A stretch of 56,409 nucleotides of DNA from Minisyncoccota bacterium (GCA_041657885.1 JBBABB010000003.1:1-56409), one strand, 5' to 3'; numbered from the stretch's first letter, positions 1 to 7,719 are shown. Made by a program: numbers and translations. The notes: generated from the sequence alone by a model not told the origin.

Positions 1-601
1 GGGTTGGAGTTTGACTAGCCCAAGCACTGCCAACTGATTGGATAATATTACCGGTAGTGGCGGTAAGTCCAGCGATAGTTGTGAGGTCTGAATCTACTGG
101 TTGAGAAGAACTGTTGGCTGAATTGTCTCCCGTGTTGGTGCCAGAGTTTGTTCCAGTAATGTCAGAGGTGAAAGCTAAAGTTCCAGAAGCATCTTTCAAA
201 GTGTAAACTCTGTCGACGGTATTGGTATTAACAAAACTTCCATTAAAGGTATTGGCAACATTTCTTAACAATAGTTTTGTATCGTTAAATGTTTTGGCTC
301 CAGAGACTGTTTGCACAGAGGCCAGAACCATGTCACCTACGCCTGCAGGTGTTCCCCAAGTTCCTGCACCAGTTAAAAACTTTGTTGCATCTCCAATCGC
401 TTGAGCTGGGACTAAACCTTTTAATCCTCCAGCTCCAGAATCTCCGGTCATACTGAGAAGGGTGGCGGTAACTTGGGTTGGAGTTTGACTAGCCCAAGCA
501 CTGCCAACTGATTGGATAATATTACCGGTAGTGGCGGTAAGTCCAGCGATAGTTGTGAGGTCTGAATCTACTGGTTGAGAAGAACTGTTGGCTGAATTGT
601 C
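1..601. repeat. Intragenic direct repeat with a 474-bp period; 127 nt are identical
   Basis: Bases 1-127 are identical to 475-601 (gggttggagtttgactagcccaag...gctgaattgtc). About 25 nt of weaker similarity follows. The repeat encodes the motif ...NTGDNSANSSSQPVDSDLTTIAGLTATTGNIIQSVGSAWASQTPT. Confidence 0.9.
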
Positions 602-2467
602 ACCTGTGTTAGTTCCAGATGTATTTCCTAATAATATTATTTGTGCATCTGTTACATAATTATCATCAACACCTAGAACTGGAGCGTAAACTCCAGTGTG
701 GTTGTGAGTAGCTGTTGCAAAGTCTCCAGTATTGTTGAGAGCTGCCGATCCTAATCCAAGTGAAGTTCTTCCAGTTGCTACGACTAATCCTGTACTTCCT
801 CCATCCCATTGTCTTGTTTGAGAATATGCTGTGTTCCAGTTCGCAGAATTATTAGTGATGGAAGCTCCCCATGCTGAACCTGTAGAAATGGCGATACCTA
901 CTCCGGGATAAACCATTCCCCCACCTGAAAGTGTTGTCCACTGAGGAGCAAGAGTTGTACCTTGTGATGTGAGTACTTGTCCGGCTGTACCGTTTCCTAA
1001 TCTTCCGGTTGTGTTACTTGCTGATTGATACAATATTTCGCCACCTACTCCACCTGCTATGTTACCTGCTGTACCGGTAACATTTCCTATAATATCATTG
1101 GATACTTCTAAATCAGTAAACCAACCTTTAGTAAGTTTTCCAGCTCCAGTTGCACCGAGTGAACCAGTTGAAGTGATATTGTTTGTTCCCATAGCTAAAG
1201 TTCCTCCCATAGTGAATCCAGCGACTGGCCCATTCAAACTAATAGCTCCTGTCCCTGTAGAAAAAGTATTTGCTCCAGTTTGAGAGAAAGAATTGTCTAA
1301 AGTTACAGCACCGTTGAGTGTAGTTATCCCACTTAATGTCGGTCTGTTTAAAGTTGTGTCATTTAGTGTTCCATCTTCTGTAATGTTTTCTGATGCGCCA
1401 CTTACGCTTCTACTGACACTGTCGTATGTTCTATCTGTTTGACGAGAATCGTGAGTGATACTGTTTTGTAATGCTAATTCAATACCTTCTATACGGGTAA
1501 AGATTGTTGGGTCAACTTGATTGATGATTGTGGTTTGAGGTTGTTCGTAAATCTTTTGAATGATTGTGCGTCCAGCGACAAAGGTTCCCGTGGTTGATGT
1601 TGACGGTTGTTCTGGTGCAATAACTTTAATTTTAATTGTCAGTGCTGTCGTTGTGAGTGAAGGAGGTATGACTGTGATTGTTTTAGGTTTTGGTGTGGAA
1701 AGAATAGCAAGAAATGAATTCCAATTTGATGCGATTTTACTTGGGATAGATGTTAATGAATTCCAACCAAATGCAAGTCCATTAGATACAGATGTAAGTG
1801 AATTACCAACATATGTGATAACTCTTGCAATTACACTTGGGGTAGATGTGATTCCATTTGTAATTCCACTCCCGACAAATGTGGCTCCATCCCAGACAGA
1901 AATGGCAAATTCTTTTGTTCCATTTGCAGAATCTTTAATATTATTTAATATCCCTTCCGTGAATGTTACCCAACCATCGGCAAGTCCACTTGATACAGAT
2001 GTAAATGAATCTAGGACAGATGCGGAGAGAAGAGAAGCTGGAATTTTTTCTTGTGCAACTATCTTATTGGCTTTCACTTCTTCTGTGTGTCTCGAAAAAA
2101 CGAAAGAGTAGAAACCAAGCGAAGGGAGAGCCACAAATGCGATGATGACCAAAACCAAAATATTACGAGTGAAATTGTGGGTAAAATTACGAGTGAAATT
2201 GTGGGTAAAATTGTGGGTAAAGAAACTCTTAACAGCTAGCTTTTTGTGGAGAATTTTTTTAACAGAACCTTTATTAGATGACTGAGCGTGGATAGTTTTT
2301 TGCTTTAAAAGATAACTCTTAACCTCATCTTTAGAAGTAAACCAATTCCTTCCTTTTTTGACTCCTTTTATCTCACCGCTACGTATCAAATAGCCGAGAT
2401 GGTCCTGGGTATACCCAGAAATCTTGGCTGCTTGATGCAAAGAAATGACTTTTTTTAATGATTCCAT
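1..2467 (-). CDS. Large membrane-anchored protein with an N-terminal MerR/excisionase-type HTH, one TM helix and a long tail-fibre-like repeat ectodomain. The C-terminal part runs off the left edge.
   Basis: The minus-strand frame is open from the ATG at 2467 to base 1. It has no stop in the window, so it is absent from the ORF track. The + ORFs 222-404, 1059-1283 and 1560-2111 are antisense shadows. Translation begins MESLKKVISLHQAAKISGYTQDHLGYLIRSGEIKGVKKGRNWF (HTH), then ILVLVIIAFVALPSLGFYSFVF (TM). G/T/S/N-rich repeats follow, with the motifs NTGDNSANSSSQPVDSDLTTIAGL and GDATKFLTGAGTWGTP, as seen in phage tail-fibre-like proteins. Confidence 0.75.
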   Translation of the reverse strand, partial: MESLKKVISLHQAAKISGYTQDHLGYLIRSGEIKGVKKGRNWFTSKDEVKSYLLKQKTIHAQSSNKGSVKKILHKKLAVKSFFTHNFTHNFTRNFTHNFTRNILVLVIIAFVALPSLGFYSFVFSRHTEEVKANKIVAQEKIPASLLSASVLDSFTSVSSGLADGWVTFTEGILNNIKDSANGTKEFAISVWDGATFVGSGITNGITSTPSVIARVITYVGNSLTSVSNGLAFGWNSLTSIPSKIASNWNSFLAILSTPKPKTITVIPPSLTTTALTIKIKVIAPEQPSTSTTGTFVAGRTIIQKIYEQPQTTIINQVDPTIFTRIEGIELALQNSITHDSRQTDRTYDSVSRSVSGASENITEDGTLNDTTLNRPTLSGITTLNGAVTLDNSFSQTGANTFSTGTGAISLNGPVAGFTMGGTLAMGTNNITSTGSLGATGAGKLTKGWFTDLEVSNDIIGNVTGTAGNIAGGVGGEILYQSASNTTGRLGNGTAGQVLTSQGTTLAPQWTTLSGGGMVYPGVGIAISTGSAWGASITNNSANWNTAYSQTRQWDGGSTGLVVATGRTSLGLGSAALNNTGDFATATHNHTGVYAPVLGVDDNYVTDAQIILLGNTSGTNTGDNSANSSSQPVDSDLTTIAGLTATTGNIIQSVGSAWASQTPTQVTATLLSMTGDSGAGGLKGLVPAQAIGDATKFLTGAGTWGTPAGVGDMVLASVQTVSGAKTFNDTKLLLRNVANTFNGSFVNTNTVDRVYTLKDASGTLAFTSDITGTNSGTNTGDNSANSSSQPVDSDLTTIAGLTATTGNIIQSVGSAWASQTPT
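2162..2221. repeat. 24-nt tandem repeat, 2.5 copies, in frame
   Basis: attacgagtgaaattgtgggtaaa occurs twice, followed by the partial copy attgtgggtaaa. It encodes FTHNFTRNFTHNFTRN just before the TM helix of the 1-2467 gene. Confidence 0.85.
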
Positions 2468-2701
2468 TTTTACCTAATATTTGTAAATGTTTTTAAAACA
2501 TATCGGATCTCGTATATCGGATATCCGAGATACTATATGTCAAAAATACTCTTTATATTATAACAAAACAATTGAATTGTTCCAAGAAAAAACAAAAGTT
2601 ATCCACGTTTGAGGAATTTTTCGTTTCTTTCACAAATTAAACAATAAAACAAAGGATTTCTAAGCCCTTGTGCAACCAATTATATTGTTTTGTATTACTC
2701 T

Positions 2702-2722
2702 GCGTTAGGCCTTGCCTAACGC
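2702..2722. repeat. GCGTTAGGC-N3-GCCTAACGC hairpin, copy 1 of 2
   Basis: Perfect 9-bp arms. It overlaps the trmD stop codon (TAG). A second copy with the same arms and the complementary loop lies at 54353-54385. Confidence 0.7.
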
Positions 2723-3531
2723 ATTTTCCACTTCTCTATTTTTTTATGGTCGCCCGAGAGAAGAACCGCAGGCACTTTGTATTTCTTTTTATTATAAATT
2801 ATTATTTCAGGGCGAGTATAAACTTCGCTTGTTGAGACACGTTCTTCTTCTCTTGAATCAAAATTCCCTAGAACTCCTTCTATCTGACGTGAAATACAAT
2901 CGATGAGTATCATTGCTGGTATTTCTCCACCAGTGAGTACATAATTCCCTATTGAAATTTTTTTAAATTTACAGAACTTGTCCTGAGCTTGTCGAAGGAT
3001 TTTATCTACACGAGCGTCTATTCCTTCATACCGTCCACAAATCATAATTATGTCGGTATATTTTTTCGCAAAATTTTTAGCAACTTTTGTATCAAACTTT
3101 TCTGCATTAGGAATAAAATTAATAATTAAAATTTTTGGTTTTATTCCCCTCTTGAGGTGAGGTTGGGTAAGGGACCCAACCGTAAAACCTTTTGAGATAT
3201 CTTTGTAATCAAAGTATCCAAAAGGTGTACTGCTCCTGTAAGGAGGGCATCGAAGGGTGGGGTGGAGAATTTTTTTTGTTACATTCTCAACAGCTTTGAG
3301 AACTGGTTCTGCTCGCATGACCATACCTGGACCACCAGCGTATGGTCTATCATCCACCTGAAGAGAAACATTACCATCTGGCCAAACTTTTTTATATTTA
3401 CCTGTAACAAATTTACGAGGGTTTACAAAAGTAATTTTTATTTTTTTATTCTTTATCGCTCTACCTAGAATAGACTCATTCAAATATGAGTCAAACATTT
3501 CTGGGAATAATGTAATAATATGAAAATGCAT
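2716..3531 (-). CDS. trmD: tRNA (guanine37-N1)-methyltransferase TrmD with a 42-aa internal insertion
   Basis: MHFHIITLFPEMF, DDRPYAGGPGMVM, ICGRYEGIDARV and SIGNYVLTGGEIPAMILIDCISR match the TrmD signature regions. It lies in an rpsP-KH-trmD operon context. Confidence 0.9.
   Translation of the reverse strand: MHFHIITLFPEMFDSYLNESILGRAIKNKKIKITFVNPRKFVTGKYKKVWPDGNVSLQVDDRPYAGGPGMVMRAEPVLKAVENVTKKILHPTLRCPPYRSSTPFGYFDYKDISKGFTVGSLTQPHLKRGIKPKILIINFIPNAEKFDTKVAKNFAKKYTDIIMICGRYEGIDARVDKILRQAQDKFCKFKKISIGNYVLTGGEIPAMILIDCISRQIEGVLGNFDSREEERVSTSEVYTRPEIIIYNKKKYKVPAVLLSGDHKKIEKWKMR
3146..3267. repeat. 122-nt structured palindromic element (RPE-like), copy A, in frame inside trmD
   Basis: About 75 percent identical to 48443-48562 by eye. 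The two copies share three hairpins (GGTTGGG..CCCAACC, CTTTG taat CAAAG, CTCC tgtaa GGAG). It corresponds exactly to TrmD residues I88-G129 (ILHPTLRCPPYRSSTPFGYFDYKDISKGFTVGSLTQPHLKRG). Confidence 0.8.
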
Positions 3532-3535
3532 ATAT

Positions 3536-3608
3536 ACTGATCAACACTGATAATAAATACTGATTAGACACTGATAAAAGCTGACTTACACCGATTGATT
3601 CTGATTGG
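3536..3608. repeat. Left arm of the long inverted repeat flanking the GxxExxY gene (CTGAT motif array)
   Basis: actgatcaacactgataataaatactgattagacactgataaaagctgac... closely matches the reverse complement of 4040-4108 (gctgatcaactctgatgg..aactgataaacactgataaaaa). Confidence 0.75.
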
Positions 3609-3993
3609 TAAAATTAATTCTTCGACGAACTTCAACTTTTCTAGGTCCAAAATTTATAAGAAATCCTAAGGGTAATTTTGTTGATTTCAAATAATTCAAT
3701 AATTGAACTTCGTAATCCTTGGGCATAAAATCAACGGCTTTAATTTCAACTACTATATTATCATTTATAACAAAATCTGGGCGATAGACACCAACCTTAA
3801 CATCATCATAACTAATCGTCAAGGATTTTTCTCTTTCAAAATTAATACCTAATTTTTTCAATTCCAAAGCAAGTGCTTTTTGGTAAATTACTTCTTTATG
3901 TCCACCTCCTAAAATATTATGCACATTAAAACAAGCTCCTCTGATTTTATAAGATAAATCTTCGTACATAAAATTCTCAACCTTTTTGTTCAT
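3586..3993 (-). CDS. GxxExxY family protein (PD-(D/E)XK-like); the family is often encoded inside 23S rRNA intervening sequences
   Basis: The translation contains GGGHKEVIYQKAL (GxxExxY), RPDFVI and VVEIKA, and is 135 aa long. These features match my recollection of the GxxExxY family (TIGR04256). Confidence 0.8.
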   Translation of the reverse strand: MNKKVENFMYEDLSYKIRGACFNVHNILGGGHKEVIYQKALALELKKLGINFEREKSLTISYDDVKVGVYRPDFVINDNIVVEIKAVDFMPKDYEVQLLNYLKSTKLPLGFLINFGPRKVEVRRRINFTNQNQSV

Positions 3994-4039
3994 TTAATTC
4001 TCTTGATAATTATCTTTCTAATAAATTCTTCTCTGTTTT

Positions 4040-4108
4040 TATTATATCAGATACTTATTAATTTTTATCAGTGTTTATCAGTTTGAATTCCATCAGAGTT
4101 GATCAGCA
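4040..4108. repeat. Right arm of the inverted repeat flanking the GxxExxY gene (ATCAG motif array)
   Basis: ATCAG occurs at 4046, 4067, 4077, 4092 and 4102. The arm is complementary to the left arm at 3536-3608. Confidence 0.75.
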
Positions 4109-4134
4109 GAAAACCCGCCTTTCGACGGGTTTTC
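4109..4134 (-). terminator. Hairpin terminator after the KH-domain gene
   Basis: GAAAACCCG cctttcga CGGGTTTTC lies 2 nt past the stop codon. On the minus strand the stem is followed by UUUUCU. Confidence 0.6.
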
Positions 4135-4136
4135 GA

Positions 4137-4487
4137 TTAGATACCCTTTAAATCTTCAAGCGCTGAATCAACTGACTTTGATGAATCACTACTTGATGGG
4201 GCTTGACTTGAGACTGGAGCTGAAGGATTTTCAATTTTACCACCTTCTGGCTCATTAATCTTTAGATTAACACGAGCATTATTTTTCATTCCAATAACTC
4301 GCAAAAGAGTTCTTATCGCTTTTGCAGTATTCCCCTGACGACCAATTATCTTACCCATATCTGCCGCATTAACGGTCATAGTTATAAGTACTCCCATCTC
4401 GTCTACTGTACGGTCGATTTTCACATCATCTGGATTATCAACCAAGGCTTTTACAACATATTCTAAAAATGCTTTATCGTCTGCCAT
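4137..4487 (-). CDS. KH-domain RNA-binding protein (YlqC/UPF0109-like) with a Ser/Pro-rich C-terminal tail
   Basis: It contains the GxxG KH motif KIIGRQGNTAKAIRTLL. Its position between rpsP and trmD is the conserved one. Confidence 0.85.
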   Translation of the reverse strand: MADDKAFLEYVVKALVDNPDDVKIDRTVDEMGVLITMTVNAADMGKIIGRQGNTAKAIRTLLRVIGMKNNARVNLKINEPEGGKIENPSAPVSSQAPSSSDSSKSVDSALEDLKGI

Positions 4488-4637
4488 ATCTTTGTTTATA
4501 GTATTATTCTTAAATCTGCGCAGTGTATCGACTACAACCTGCTCTGTTTTAGATTATATCACAAAATTGTTTTACTGTGCAAATAAAAAAATATAATATC
4601 AAAAAGAGCACAATATTAATATTTTATTTATTGGTAA

Positions 4638-4723
4638 CCAAAAAGCACAATATTACATTTTCTGAGTCGCGTCGGAGCCCTTTAGGGTAAAGCGCGAAGA
4701 AAATGTGATATTATGCTTTTTGG
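4638..4723. repeat. Long hairpin carrying a conserved 36-nt GC-rich apical core, copy 1
   Basis: A 25-bp AT-rich stem (4638-4662 / 4699-4723) encloses the core tgagtcgcgtcggagccctttagggtaaagcgcgaa (4663-4698). The core is identical to 33539-33574. Confidence 0.8.
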
Positions 4724-4728
4724 TTTAA

Positions 4729-5034
4729 TTATTTTTTCTTGAGTTCTTTTTTGGCCTTAGTGGGAGATTTCTTTGATAAAACATTTTTCTTTTTACCAGT
4801 AATTAATTTTTGGTGGACAAGAAAATTGTGAACTGTATCAGAAACTTGAGCCCCTTGACTCATCCAATAAGCCACACGGTCTTGTTTAAATAATACCTCA
4901 CCTTTTTTCAAATTATATGAGCCTAATATTTCTTTAAACCTACCGCTCTTAGCTGAATTTTTTGAGTCGGTTAAAACAACCCGAAAAGCAGAATCATTCT
5001 TGCGACCTATTCTTTGTAATCTTATTTTTAACAT
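4729..5034 (-). CDS. rpsP: 30S ribosomal protein S16
   Basis: MLKIRLQRIGRKNDSAFRVV is the canonical S16 N-terminus. I place the start at the internal ATG at 5034 rather than at the ORF-track start of 5073. Confidence 0.9.
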   Translation of the reverse strand: MLKIRLQRIGRKNDSAFRVVLTDSKNSAKSGRFKEILGSYNLKKGEVLFKQDRVAYWMSQGAQVSDTVHNFLVHQKLITGKKKNVLSKKSPTKAKKELKKK

Positions 5035-5069
5035 ATGTAAGAGTATTCTATCATAAAAGAATATATAAA

Positions 5070-6797
5070 TCAAATTGTTGAGAGTTGGAGAAATCGTAAG
5101 AGATCAGGTGGAAGTTCAAAACCTCTTTTATAAAGTTCATTTAGATAAAGTATCGCTTCTTCGTAATTTTTTTGCTCATAATAATATACTGTTAAAGCTT
5201 TCAAGGCATCTATGTAGTTCGGATTAATTTCTAATGTTTTTTTCCAATTAATAAGAGCTTCTTCGTATCTTTTTTGTCCAAAATACAATAATCCTAAATT
5301 AAAATATGCATTATCATAATAAGGATTAATTTCTAATTCTTTTTTATATTCACTTTCAGCCTCTACTAATTTATTTTGATTAGAATAAACAAGCCCTAAA
5401 TTATTGTGAGCCATTGGTTCATTTGGATTAAGTTCTAAGGCTATTTTGAATTCTTTTTCAGCATTATCCATATCTCCATCTAAATATTCCATAGCTCCTA
5501 AATTACTATGATTAAAAGCAAAACTTGGTGATGTTTCCGTAGCATTCTTCCAAAAACTAAGCTTGTCTTTATAATATTGATTACGATAAATTGTTACGGA
5601 AGAAAAAATTAATATTACTAACAAGCTGACAAACAAAATAATTTTTTTCCAATTAATTTCATAATTCATTCTCTTTCTAATAAAAGTCGGGATTCTAATC
5701 CTACCAAGTCCTAGAATCACAAAAATAAATCCAAACATCGGTAGATAAATTCTATTTTCAGAAAATTCAGGAATTGTACCAAGAGGTTTTATTAGTGTTA
5801 GTAAGATAAAAATAAAAAACCACAAAAAGCCAAAAATAATTAATTTTAAATTCTTTTTTTCACTCAAAATAAACCAAAATCCCAATAAAATTAAAGAAAT
5901 TATTCCATAAAATAGAGACATATCATTCATAACTGGAAAGACTGATAAATTAAAAGGTAAAAATATTTTGCCAATAGCAGGAATTAACGACGGTAAATTT
6001 TTATAAATGGAAAGGAAGACATTATAATCAGCATTACCTATAAAATTATGCAAAACCGACATACGTATTAAAAAATAAAAAACTCCTATACCTATAGAAC
6101 TAACTCCAAGTTTAAGATAAATTTTATAATTTTCAATTATTTTTCTCCAACCAACAAAAATTAAAAGGTAAGTCGCGCAAATGACTGGTAATACTACTGC
6201 TGTTTCTTTGGTAAAAAGAGCCAATGTAAAGAAAATTAAATACCATATAAAATATTTATTCTTTTCTGTTTGTAAAAAACCTAAAAAGAAAATAAGTGAT
6301 AAAAAAATAGAAATAACCAAAAGAGAATCATTGCGACCAGAAATAAAAGCTACAGTTTGTGCTGTTAAAGGATGAATACTAAAAATTAACGCGAATAAAA
6401 AGGCTGTTTCTTTTTTAATGTTCAATCTTAATAGAAAAACAAAAAGTAGGCAAATCGCGAGAATATGCAGTAATAGATTACTAAAATGTGACATGAAAAT
6501 GATAGCTCTTTCTCCAAACTGTGCATCTAACATAAATGTAAGTCGTTCAATAGGGCGATAAAAAGTTCCCCCATTATGTGGTGTTCTGAAAATATCTTCA
6601 TTAAAGGCTTGAGGAATATTCAATAAATTTTTATTAAACTGGTATTGTCCTGTTACTAAAACATTGTCATCTAAATAAACAATATTAAAGAAAAGTGTAG
6701 CCCCATAAACTAAAGAGATTAACAAAGTAATCCAAAAAAATGGATGCCATGATTCTAAAAATATTTTATAAAATTTGTTTTCTTTATTATCAATCAT
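5070..6797 (-). CDS. Polytopic membrane protein (GT39/PMT-like glycosyltransferase fold suspected) with C-terminal TPR repeats
   Basis: About 11 hydrophobic segments are followed by TPR units (NLGLVYSNQNKLVEAESEYKKELEINPYYDNAYFNLGLLYF...). It clusters with the GT2 and GtrA genes. Confidence 0.6.
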   Translation of the reverse strand: MIDNKENKFYKIFLESWHPFFWITLLISLVYGATLFFNIVYLDDNVLVTGQYQFNKNLLNIPQAFNEDIFRTPHNGGTFYRPIERLTFMLDAQFGERAIIFMSHFSNLLLHILAICLLFVFLLRLNIKKETAFLFALIFSIHPLTAQTVAFISGRNDSLLVISIFLSLIFFLGFLQTEKNKYFIWYLIFFTLALFTKETAVVLPVICATYLLIFVGWRKIIENYKIYLKLGVSSIGIGVFYFLIRMSVLHNFIGNADYNVFLSIYKNLPSLIPAIGKIFLPFNLSVFPVMNDMSLFYGIISLILLGFWFILSEKKNLKLIIFGFLWFFIFILLTLIKPLGTIPEFSENRIYLPMFGFIFVILGLGRIRIPTFIRKRMNYEINWKKIILFVSLLVILIFSSVTIYRNQYYKDKLSFWKNATETSPSFAFNHSNLGAMEYLDGDMDNAEKEFKIALELNPNEPMAHNNLGLVYSNQNKLVEAESEYKKELEINPYYDNAYFNLGLLYFGQKRYEEALINWKKTLEINPNYIDALKALTVYYYEQKNYEEAILYLNELYKRGFELPPDLLRFLQLSTI

Positions 6798-7713
6798 TTT
6801 TATCTTTTTGCGCGATAATTGTTATAACTTCCCCACTTCTAGAAAAATAAAGACATAAATTAATTAAAAGGCATGGTAAAAATAAAATAGTAAAAAGAAA
6901 AACATGCCAAATTATTTTTGGATTAGAATCTCTATTTTGAAGCCACTCAAAAAAATATGAATCCGAATTAGTTATTAGATTCATAATGCTTTGTGTAGAA
7001 GTAAAAGTTGAATATTCCAAAGAAAAGGTCCTAATTTTTTTAATTTTTAAATTATACTTTTTAAGTAGAGAAACTATAGATGAAGGCATAAAAAAAGTTA
7101 AATGGTGTTTTAAATCCAAAGCTAACCAATGTTCTTGAGTTAATTTTCTTGTCCATGAATTATAATTAGGAACTTCGATGAATAATAAACCTTTTGTGTT
7201 AAGTAATTCGTAGACCCTTTCTACATATTCTTCAGGATTTTTTACGTGTTCCAATACGTGCAAAATACTAATAACATCAAACTTTTTTTCAAAAGACAGT
7301 TCAAGAAGGTCTTTGTTGTAAATTTCTAATTTCAGCTTTTCTTTTGAAAATTTATAAGCATTTTCGGCAATTTGAGTCCCTATCACTCTATCATATTTAA
7401 AATATTTTTTCAGAAAATAAAGTATCCATCCCCGGCCACTTCCTATATCTAAGATACTTTTAGCTTTTGTGTTTAAAGAGTAAATCTTATAAGCACGTAT
7501 AAAACGAAATATTTTCACTATAAACTCAATGATAATACTAAATCTACTCCCAGTTTCCTTTTCATAATAATTACTATAAACTTCTACCAAGTTTAAAATT
7601 TTTTGCTCATCCTTACAAGCAAAAATTAATTCACATGATAAACATTTACAAAGCTTATAGCCCTTTGTTTCTAAAATAATTTCGGGATTTTCATTTTGGC
7701 AAATCATATGCAA
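6790..7713 (-). CDS. Class I SAM-dependent methyltransferase with an N-terminal Cys pair motif and a C-terminal TM segment
   Basis: Motif I is ILDIGSGRGW, followed by DVISILHVLEHV. The N-terminal motif is CKCLSCELIFAC. Confidence 0.7.
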   Translation of the reverse strand: MHMICQNENPEIILETKGYKLCKCLSCELIFACKDEQKILNLVEVYSNYYEKETGSRFSIIIEFIVKIFRFIRAYKIYSLNTKAKSILDIGSGRGWILYFLKKYFKYDRVIGTQIAENAYKFSKEKLKLEIYNKDLLELSFEKKFDVISILHVLEHVKNPEEYVERVYELLNTKGLLFIEVPNYNSWTRKLTQEHWLALDLKHHLTFFMPSSIVSLLKKYNLKIKKIRTFSLEYSTFTSTQSIMNLITNSDSYFFEWLQNRDSNPKIIWHVFLFTILFLPCLLINLCLYFSRSGEVITIIAQKDKND

Positions 7714-7719
7714 ATGTTT

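Noticed and set aside
222-2111. Plus-strand ORFs 222-404, 1059-1283, 1560-2111 and 2051-2239 from the ORF track
   Set aside because: They lie antisense to a continuous, stop-free minus-strand frame with clear HTH, TM and repeat features. Their translations are low-complexity (P/V/A-rich) shadows of a G/T/S/N-rich gene.
3536-4108. CRISPR array interpretation of the short-motif arrays here and at 16996-17089, 38642-38673 and 44295-44377
   Set aside because: The repeat units are 5-7 nt with 7-13 nt periods, not 25-40 nt repeats with unique spacers. The arrays are inverted and complementary, and no cas genes are present.
4729-5073. Extended N-termini given by the ORF track for rpsP (5073), htpX (32995) and the wHTH gene (48385)
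   Set aside because: The extensions precede canonical family N-termini (MLKIRLQR, MATLYTHQ). For 48385, the extension translates a palindromic hairpin. The internal ATGs give tidy gene spacing.
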